A stretch of DNA of 5,711 nt from a virus, in the IMG/VR virus record IMGVR_UViG_3300045988_001120, positions 1 to 5,711 of that record; one strand, given 5' to 3'. The notes under the pieces were generated by a model. It had not been told where the DNA came from and did no database searches. It saw nothing but the letters and a program-made list of their open reading frames with translations. The translations under genes and the position numbers were made by a program. Position 1 is the stretch's first letter, and each line of letters opens with the position of its first letter. This document shows positions 1 to 5,025 of this stretch, in pieces.

Positions 1-55
1 CGGCTTCAGACTGGCAGCGTTTGACGATGAAACCGGCGAGTTTACCAACGACAAG
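1..55. repeat. Terminal redundancy (copy 1); identical to 5657-5711, marks a circular genome of 5656 nt
   Basis: Compared base by base: cggcttcagactggcagcgtttgacgatgaaaccggcgagtttaccaacgacaag occurs at 1-55 and again at 5657-5711. An exact 55-nt end overlap is the usual signature of a circular contig from a k-mer assembler, not a biological repeat. Confidence 0.9.
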
Positions 56-88
56 GAAAAGGTATGGGAGGGCAAGCCGCATGAATAA
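1..88 (+). CDS. VP5: 3' end of the VP5/ORF5-like non-structural protein gene (continuation of 5505..5711 across the circular junction)
   Basis: The frame of the ORF opening at 5505 continues through 5657=1. Codons from position 2 read GFRLAAFDDETGEFTNDKEKVWEGKPHE, with TAA at 86-88. Bases 1-55 duplicate 5657-5711. The stop overlaps the VP3 start (ATGAATAA). Confidence 0.65.
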   Translation, partial: GFRLAAFDDETGEFTNDKEKVWEGKPHE

Positions 89-479
89 ACGATACGAAGA
101 AGGGCGAGAGCCCTTCTTTTCTAAATCGGGAGAAAAATTCCAAAAACAATACGTTTGGACGAAGAACGAAAAGGGAGAAGAAGTACTGCAAGAAACAGCA
201 CCAATCGATATCCAACAGGAAATTGAAAGCTATGCGGATGAATGTGATATCAAAAACATTGTCCGAAAAGCGAGTTTTGACCCGCAGTTTCTGAAAAGCC
301 TGTCAGAAGGAGCACTAAACGGAACAGAAGTGGATATCACCGAATTTCCGCAGAACATTCACGAGTATCATCGCATGATTGCAACAGCACAGGCAAACGC
401 CATGAAACTGGAAGAGCTGCAAAAAATGGCAGCAGCAGAACCCGAAGCAGAACCTAAAGAAAAGGAGAAAGAAAAGTGA
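81..479 (+). CDS. VP3: Internal scaffolding protein VP3-like (132 aa from ATG 81)
   Basis: ORF 21..479. I prefer ATG 81, which has GGAGG at 67-71 (9-nt spacing) and the ATGAATAA overlap with the upstream stop. The motif YADECDIKNIVRK resembles the ECDIN-type block I recall in gokushovirus VP3 scaffold proteins. The acidic/Lys-rich tail is AAAEPEAEPKEKEKEK. The gene sits directly upstream of and overlaps VP1 (GTGA). Recognised from memory, not searched. Confidence 0.75.
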   Translation: MNKRYEEGREPFFSKSGEKFQKQYVWTKNEKGEEVLQETAPIDIQQEIESYADECDIKNIVRKASFDPQFLKSLSEGALNGTEVDITEFPQNIHEYHRMIATAQANAMKLEELQKMAAAEPEAEPKEKEKEK

Positions 480-2149
480 ATCGAAACAATGAACGGCACT
501 TTAACCAGATTCCGGAAATAAAAGCGAGCCGAACACGGTTCAACCGTGACCAGACGATTTTAACAACGTTCGATTCCGGCAAGCTGATTCCGTTCTATGT
601 TGACGAGGTATTACCGGGCGATACCTTCAACGTGAACACGACAGCAATCATCCGAATGACAACGCCCAAGTACCCGGTGATGGATGATGCATTCATTGAC
701 TTCTACTATTTCTACTGTCCTAACAGAATTCTGTGGGACAACTTCAAACACTTCATGGGAGAAGTAGAAGAAACACCATGGATGCCAAAAAAAGAATACG
801 CAACGCCAAAAATCGTAATCAACGGAACGGCTAACGCACCAAAGCCAGACGAAAAATCCGTGCTGGACTATATGGGAGTACCAACCAAAATCAAAAAACC
901 GTTTAAGATTAACGCACTACCCGTAAGAGCATACGTAAAAATTTGGAATGAATTTTTCAGAGATGAAAACGTAGACAACGTAGCAACACTAAAAACAGAC
1001 GATACCAGCACAGTATACGAATTTGGAGACGAAAACTGGATGCAAGAAGCTGAAAACAACGCATGGAAAGGCGGAAACCTGTTATCTGTAAACAAATTCC
1101 ACGACTACTTTACCAGCTGTCTGCCGTATCCTCAGCGCGGGCCGGCGGTAACGCTGCCAATGGAAGGTAATGCAGTGGTAAGCGGATACAAAGACCTAAA
1201 ACTTAAGGAAAAAACAACTCTGTATGCAAACAGCTTTTTTGACGGAAGCACAAATCCGGGCAACGTGAAAGACAAAATGTATGCAATCTCAACACTCGGA
1301 GGCGAAGGACAAGCATACGTAACCGTCGGAACAGGAACAGGAACAGCCAATAACGTAGTGTACCTAGGTGCAGACCTAAGCACCGTGACAGCAGCAACCA
1401 TCAACGATTTGAGAAAAGCCGTAGCAGTGCAACAGTACTACGAAGCACTCGCACGAGGCGGCAGCAGATACCGCGAACAGGTACAGGCACTGTGGAACGT
1501 GGTTATCAGTGATAAAACCGTACAGGTGCCGGAATACCTGGGCGGTGGCAGATATCACGTCAATATTAACCAAATCGTACAGACCAGCGGACAGCAGACA
1601 GACAACGACACGCCAATTGGTGAAACCGGTGCAATGTCGGTAACGCCAATCAACGAAAGCAGCTTCACAAAATCTTTTGAGGAGCATGGTTTCGTCATCG
1701 GCGTATGTTGTGTAAGACACAATCACAGTTACCAGCAAGGCTTGGAACATTTCTGGAGTCGAAGTGACAGACTTGACTACTATGTGCCACAGTTTGCAAA
1801 CATTGGCGAACAGCCTGTCAAAAAGAAAGAAATCATGTTAACCGGCGAAGCAACGGATGAAGAGACATTCGGCTACCAGGAAGCATGGGCGGACTACAGA
1901 ATGAAGCCCAACCGAGTATCTGGTAAAATGCGAAGCAATGCAACAGAAACGCTGGATTTCTGGCATTATGCCGACAACTATTCAACCGTACCAACACTGT
2001 CACAAGACTGGATGCAAGAAAGCAAAGTAGAAATTGCGCGCACGCTCATCGTGCAAGATGAGCCGCAGTTCTTCGGTGCTATCCGTGTAGCAAACAAAAC
2101 CACAAGACGGATGCCGTTGTACAGTGTACCGGGCTTGTACAAATTGTAA
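476..2149 (+). CDS. VP1: Major capsid protein VP1 (phiX174 F-type capsid fold, gokushovirus-like), 557 aa
   Basis: GTG start lies 8 nt after AAGGAG (462-467). The N-terminal block FNRDQTILTTFDSGKLIPFYVDEVLPGDTF matches hallmark gokushovirus VP1 blocks. So do the internal blocks TINDLRKAVAVQQYYEALARGGSRYREQVQALW and VPEYLGGG. Size is typical (530-600 aa). Confidence 0.95.
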   Translation: MNRNNERHFNQIPEIKASRTRFNRDQTILTTFDSGKLIPFYVDEVLPGDTFNVNTTAIIRMTTPKYPVMDDAFIDFYYFYCPNRILWDNFKHFMGEVEETPWMPKKEYATPKIVINGTANAPKPDEKSVLDYMGVPTKIKKPFKINALPVRAYVKIWNEFFRDENVDNVATLKTDDTSTVYEFGDENWMQEAENNAWKGGNLLSVNKFHDYFTSCLPYPQRGPAVTLPMEGNAVVSGYKDLKLKEKTTLYANSFFDGSTNPGNVKDKMYAISTLGGEGQAYVTVGTGTGTANNVVYLGADLSTVTAATINDLRKAVAVQQYYEALARGGSRYREQVQALWNVVISDKTVQVPEYLGGGRYHVNINQIVQTSGQQTDNDTPIGETGAMSVTPINESSFTKSFEEHGFVIGVCCVRHNHSYQQGLEHFWSRSDRLDYYVPQFANIGEQPVKKKEIMLTGEATDEETFGYQEAWADYRMKPNRVSGKMRSNATETLDFWHYADNYSTVPTLSQDWMQESKVEIARTLIVQDEPQFFGAIRVANKTTRRMPLYSVPGLYKL

Positions 2150-2159
2150 GAAAGGAGAA

Positions 2160-2185
2160 AGCCCGGAGAAATCCGGGCTATTTTT
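2160..2185 (+). terminator. Stem-loop AGCCCGG-agaaat-CCGGGCT followed by aTTTTT, between VP1 stop and VP2 start
   Basis: A 7-bp GC-rich perfect stem (2160-2166 / 2173-2179) with a 6-nt loop is followed by a T5 run at 2181-2185. It lies 11 nt after the VP1 TAA and 3 nt before the VP2 ATG. This is the geometry of an intrinsic terminator or attenuator. Confidence 0.6.
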
Positions 2186-2187
2186 AA

Positions 2188-3024
2188 ATGGGAGCATTAT
2201 CAGGATTCTTAACAGCACTAAACGTAGCGGGAAACGTAGCAAATACGGTCGGAACAATCGCCGGAGCAGCACAAAACGTTGCTGGAGCTTTTGGCGGATG
2301 GGGTCAGACAGGCAGCAGCCAAAGCCAAGGCGGAAGTACAAGCCAAGGCGGTGGACATTCCGAAAGCGGAAGTCAAGCGGGAACAAACATTCAACAGGTA
2401 AACGACTGGCTTAAGCAAGCATACGCATACCAAGGCCAAGAAGCTGCCATGCAAGGTAAATACAACAGTCAAAGCATGTTAAAGCAGATGGGTTACAACA
2501 CCTTACAAGCAATCATGCAAGGCGTATATAACCACATTGAAAACAGCGTAGCAATGAACTACAACAGTGCAGAAGCACTAGCCAACCGTGAATGGCAAGA
2601 ACACATGTCAAGCACTGCATACCAGCGTGCAGTTGAAGACATGAGAAAAGCGGGACTGAATCCAATCTTAGCTTTTTCAAACGGCGGAGCGAGCACGCCG
2701 GGCGGTAGCGCGGGAACAATCAGCGGTGCGAGCATGGGACTAGCAAGCAGCAGCGCACTAGGAGTAAGCCGAAGCGGTGGATTTGTACCAAACGCATACG
2801 AAAGCAATAGCTGGAGTCAAAGTGACTGGTACAATGCTGCACAGAGCTGGCAGCAGATGCTTAGCAGCACACACATGACACCTTACGGACTGCAAAATGC
2901 ATTAACAGAAATCGCAAGCGATACAGGCAAAGCAATTGACAAAAACGTACCACAAGGAAGCAAAAAACACACTAGCAAATCCGGAGTAACACACGGAGGA
3001 GGAGGAGGTAACATCAAAAAATGA
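2188..3024 (+). CDS. VP2: Minor capsid / DNA pilot protein VP2-like, 278 aa
   Basis: The gene follows VP1 directly. It has a hydrophobic Gly/Ala-rich N-terminus (MGALSGFLTALNVAGNVANTVGTIAGAAQNVAGAFGGWG) and a Gly/Ser/Gln low-complexity segment. The central block STAYQRAVEDMRKAGLNPILAF is the conserved block I recall for gokushovirus VP2. Its stop overlaps the VP4 start (ATGA). Confidence 0.85.
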   Translation: MGALSGFLTALNVAGNVANTVGTIAGAAQNVAGAFGGWGQTGSSQSQGGSTSQGGGHSESGSQAGTNIQQVNDWLKQAYAYQGQEAAMQGKYNSQSMLKQMGYNTLQAIMQGVYNHIENSVAMNYNSAEALANREWQEHMSSTAYQRAVEDMRKAGLNPILAFSNGGASTPGGSAGTISGASMGLASSSALGVSRSGGFVPNAYESNSWSQSDWYNAAQSWQQMLSSTHMTPYGLQNALTEIASDTGKAIDKNVPQGSKKHTSKSGVTHGGGGGNIKK

Positions 3025-4040
3025 GTTGTTACAAGCCATTAATAAGGCTGTACAACCCGGAAAACAAAGATATAAGCGGGCGGGTGTATTCACTTGCCCG
3101 CTTTTCTGAAATATCGGGAAAGCAGCTCAAATATGAAGATTTAATGTTTAGAAAAGATGTCATGTTGATACCATGCGGACAGTGTATCGGATGCAGAATC
3201 AGACAAAGAGAGGACTGGACAACACGAATAGAATTAGAAGCACGAGACTATCCAAAAGAAGAAGTTTGGTTTATAACATTAACCTATAACGATGATCATG
3301 TGCCAGGCATGATAGTAAACACAGGCGAAATCACGCGAAAAGTACAATACGTCTGGAGACCGGGAGAGAAGCGCCCAGAAAGCGTCCAAACTTTGCTATA
3401 TACTGACGTTCAAAAGTTCTTAAAACGCCTCAGAAAGGCTTATAGGGGCAAATTACGCTATTTTGTGGCGGGAGAATACGGAGAACAGACAGCTCGGCCA
3501 CATTACCATATGATACTGTATGGATGGAGACCAACAGACCTAGAGCACCTATACAAGATACAGCACAACGGATATTTCACAAGTAAATGGTTAGAAAACC
3601 TGTGGGGCATGGGGCAAATACAGATAGCACAAGCAGCACCAGCAACATATAGATATGTTGCGGGATACGTTACAAAAAAAATGTACGAAATTGACGGCCA
3701 GAAAGCAAACGTATACTACGAACTAGGACAACAAAAACCTTTTGCGTGTATGAGTCTTAAACCAGGCCTAGGAGATAACTATTACCAAGAACACAAAGCA
3801 GAAATCTGGAGACAAGGCTACATCCAATGCACAAACGGCAAACAAGCACAAATTCCACGCTATTATGAAAAAATGATGGAAGCTGAAAACGCACAAAGAT
3901 TGTGGAGAATTAAACAGAACAGACAAGCAGCAGCCATAGCAGAAAACCGGCTTAAGTATGAAAATGCAGACTTTGAAGAGCAATGCAAGACAAAAGAAAG
4001 AGTGATAAAGAAGCAGATGAAGAAGAGGGGGACACTTTAA
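3021..4040 (+). CDS. VP4: Replication initiation protein VP4 (HUH rolling-circle endonuclease, phiX174 gpA-like), 339 aa
   Basis: Three RCR motifs are present. Motif 1 is FITLTY (3270-3287). Motif 2, the HUH motif, is PHYHMILY (HYH at 3501-3509). Motif 3 is YVAGYVTKK, with two Tyr spaced Y-x3-Y (3654-3668). An N-terminal PCGQCIGCR cysteine cluster is typical of gokushovirus VP4. A (GGA)4GG run at 2995-3008 provides the SD. Confidence 0.93.
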   Translation: MSCYKPLIRLYNPENKDISGRVYSLARFSEISGKQLKYEDLMFRKDVMLIPCGQCIGCRIRQREDWTTRIELEARDYPKEEVWFITLTYNDDHVPGMIVNTGEITRKVQYVWRPGEKRPESVQTLLYTDVQKFLKRLRKAYRGKLRYFVAGEYGEQTARPHYHMILYGWRPTDLEHLYKIQHNGYFTSKWLENLWGMGQIQIAQAAPATYRYVAGYVTKKMYEIDGQKANVYYELGQQKPFACMSLKPGLGDNYYQEHKAEIWRQGYIQCTNGKQAQIPRYYEKMMEAENAQRLWRIKQNRQAAAIAENRLKYENADFEEQCKTKERVIKKQMKKRGTL

Positions 4041-4050
4041 CGGTGTCACC

Positions 4051-4084
4051 TAGCCCAGTACCTATCAAGTAAGGTACTGGGCTA
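4051..4084 (+). terminator. Perfect 13-bp stem-loop (TAGCCCAGTACCT / AGGTACTGGGCTA, 8-nt loop) 11 nt after the VP4 stop; terminator-like or ssDNA origin hairpin
   Basis: 4051-4063 pairs perfectly with 4072-4084 around the loop atcaagta. The downstream sequence ttgtcattt is only weakly T-rich. Confidence 0.5.
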
Positions 4085-4143
4085 TTGTCATTTAAAGAGT
4101 CCATGTATCAATCTATTCAGTCTATCAAATAGCTATACTTTAT

Positions 4144-4187
4144 CGCGCGTGCGCACGCGCGCGAAGCGCGCACGCGCGCACGCGCGG
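4144..4187. repeat. GC-rich alternating purine/pyrimidine palindrome (imperfect ~20-bp hairpin/cruciform; three copies of GCGCACGCGCG)
   Basis: 4144-4163 (20 nt) and 4166-4186 (21 nt) each alternate Y/R perfectly and are separated by AA. Pairing i+j=8330 gives 4144-4154 with 4176-4186 (11 bp), then 2 bp and 5 bp segments separated by single mismatches. GCGCACGCGCG starts at 4151, 4168 and 4176. Only 6 of 44 bases are A/T, in an otherwise moderate-GC genome. Confidence 0.85.
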
Positions 4188-4200
4188 CTCTTCAGCGCTA

Positions 4201-4230
4201 TTGTTCGCAAGCTCACAAGCGCTGTATAAT
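4201..4230 (+). promoter_or_regulatory. Candidate sigma70-type promoter: TTGTTC (4201-4206), 18-nt spacer, TATAAT (4225-4230)
   Basis: The -10 hexamer is perfect and is preceded by TG. The -35 matches only 3/6 and the spacer is 18 nt. It would transcribe into the iteron region. Confidence 0.35.
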
Positions 4231-4270
4231 ATATAACTTGTTGTAGGAGTAGTAGTAGAGATAGTGGAAA

Positions 4271-4438
4271 AGTTGAAAAGTACTAAAATTTAACGCTAAA
4301 GCGTAAATAAAAAGCAAAAAATGCTGTTGAAAGTTTTGTTGAAAACTTGTTGAATTGTTGAAAGTCCGTCAAAATGACGAAAACCTTTGTGCAACATTTT
4401 GTTGAAAACCTGTTGAAAGTGTTGAAAGTGTTGAAAAC
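4271..4438 (+). repeat. Iteron array: 9 direct copies of GTTGAA, 8 of them as TGTTGAA(A/T), in two clusters of four
   Basis: TGTTGAA starts at 4325, 4337, 4348, 4356 and at 4400, 4411, 4420, 4429. AGTTGAA is at 4271 and a degenerate TGTTGTA at 4239. There are two subtypes, TGTTGAAAGT and TGTTGAAAAC. TTTTGTTGAAAAC is exact at 4334 and 4397. All copies are on the same strand. Confidence 0.9.
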
Positions 4439-4581
4439 GCGCACAGCGCTTACAATGAATGGATTAGCCGAGTTCCGCATACGCTCCACACGGCAAGGCG
4501 CTGAAGCGCTTTCAAAACAAAGGAGCAAAACCGGGTTACAAGAGAAGGTTACAATTTTATTACAAAACAGCAAAATCCCGG

Positions 4582-4610
4582 TTGACAATCGGGAGCTTTT
4601 ATTTTATAAT
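4582..4610 (+). promoter_or_regulatory. Perfect consensus sigma70 promoter TTGACA-17 nt-TATAAT upstream of the peptidase gene
   Basis: TTGACA is at 4582-4587 and TATAAT at 4605-4610, with a spacer of exactly 17 nt. The predicted start near 4617 lies just before the SD AAAGGGGG (4617-4624) and ATG 4632. Confidence 0.75.
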
Positions 4611-4631
4611 ACAGACAAAGGGGGCGCAAAA

Positions 4632-5024
4632 ATGCTTAAATGTTATATCATGAACACAGACGGAAATGTACAACTTGCAAGACACTTCAAAGTAAAAGAA
4701 TTTGCATGTAAAGACGGAAGTCCGATAGTATTCATAGATGACTACTTGTATAACGTTCTGGACATCCTCCGACATAAACTAGGGAAACCAGTCATTATCA
4801 CCAGCGGATACAGAACACCAGAGTGGAACAAAAAATGTAACGGAGCAAAATACAGCTACCACATGCGCGGTATGGCAGCAGATATCCGAGTCGATGGCAT
4901 GAGCACAAAAGAACTTGCCAACAAACTGAATGAAATCGTCCCGGATGAATGCGGCATTATCGTATACAACACTTGGGTGCATTTTGATGTGCGAAACGGG
5001 AAAAAATACAGAAAGGGGGTATAA
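4632..5024 (+). CDS. Zinc D-Ala-D-Ala carboxypeptidase / M15-family (M15_3-like) peptidoglycan peptidase, putative endolysin, 130 aa
   Basis: The zinc-ligand pattern is SYHMRGMAAD (H at 4860-4862, D at 4881-4883) plus WVHFD (H at 4980-4982). The KEFACKDG and TSGYR blocks are typical of small phage M15 peptidases. ATG 4632 is preceded by AAAGGGGG at 7-nt spacing. The track ORF starts at 4374, but that extension only translates the iteron array. Confidence 0.87.
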   Translation: MLKCYIMNTDGNVQLARHFKVKEFACKDGSPIVFIDDYLYNVLDILRHKLGKPVIITSGYRTPEWNKKCNGAKYSYHMRGMAADIRVDGMSTKELANKLNEIVPDECGIIVYNTWVHFDVRNGKKYRKGV

Positions 5025-5025
5025 G

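Noticed and set aside
1-55. Terminal direct repeat as a biological DTR/LTR or transposon end
   Set aside because: The identity is exact, the length is 55 nt (a common assembler k-mer size), and an ORF reads seamlessly across the join. All of this indicates a linearised circular contig.
21-80. TTG (21) or ATG (27) start for VP3, giving 152 or 150 aa
   Set aside because: This stretch is the 3' end of the junction-spanning VP5-like gene in another frame. Neither candidate start has an SD. ATG 81 has GGAGG at 9-nt spacing and an ATGAATAA stop/start overlap.
2124-2414. A + strand 96-aa very basic ORF overprinting the VP1 end and VP2 start (possible phiX174 E/K-style embedded gene)
   Set aside because: It starts at an internal GTG with no SD. 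It runs through the terminator hairpin. Its Arg/Lys/Ser richness is what the Gly/Ser/Gln-rich VP2 codons (GGN/AGC/CAA) give in the +1 frame. It has no hydrophobic segment such as a lysis protein would have.
4225-4243. phiX174-like plus-strand origin: TAACTTG (4234-4240) beside the AT-rich TATAATATATA, resembling the gpA site CAACTTG/ATATTAATAAC
   Set aside because: Only a 6-nt match, which is expected by chance. The AT-rich part is on the opposite side relative to phiX174. The same AACTTGTTG recurs at 4344 as part of the iteron family. The gokushovirus nick site is not something I can recognise from sequence alone.
4247-4258. Short (AGT/GTA)x3-4 trinucleotide run gagtagtagtagag
   Set aside because: The run is too short to call a microsatellite. 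It is non-coding and no function can be inferred.
4271-4438. CRISPR array interpretation of the TGTTGAAA repeats
   Set aside because: The units are only 7-10 nt, with spacers of 1-5 nt and one 37-nt gap. CRISPR repeats are 24-48 nt with similarly sized unique spacers, and a 5.6-kb microvirus has no room for cas genes.
4502-4514. Catabolite-responsive element (cre)-like palindrome TGAAGCGCTTTCA
   Set aside because: It is one base short of the 14-nt TGAAAGCGCTTTCA-type consensus, so the half-sites are out of register. It is more simply a small GCGC-tgaa-GCGC hairpin. The host is unknown.
4283-4588. Minus-strand 101-aa ORF across the intergenic region (FNTFNTFNRFSTK...FNKFSTK)
   Set aside because: Its repetitive peptide is the reverse-complement reading of the iterons. 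It has a TTG start with no SD. Microviridae express only the + strand.
4374-4631. N-terminal 86-aa extension of the peptidase ORF (the track calls 4374..5024, beginning MTKTFVQHFVENLLKVLKVLK...)
   Set aside because: The extension is simply a translation of the TGTTGAAA repeat array (VENLLKVLKVLK). There is no SD before ATG 4374. The perfect promoter at 4582-4610 lies inside it. The M15 domain starts at ATG 4632, which has a well-spaced AAAGGGGG.
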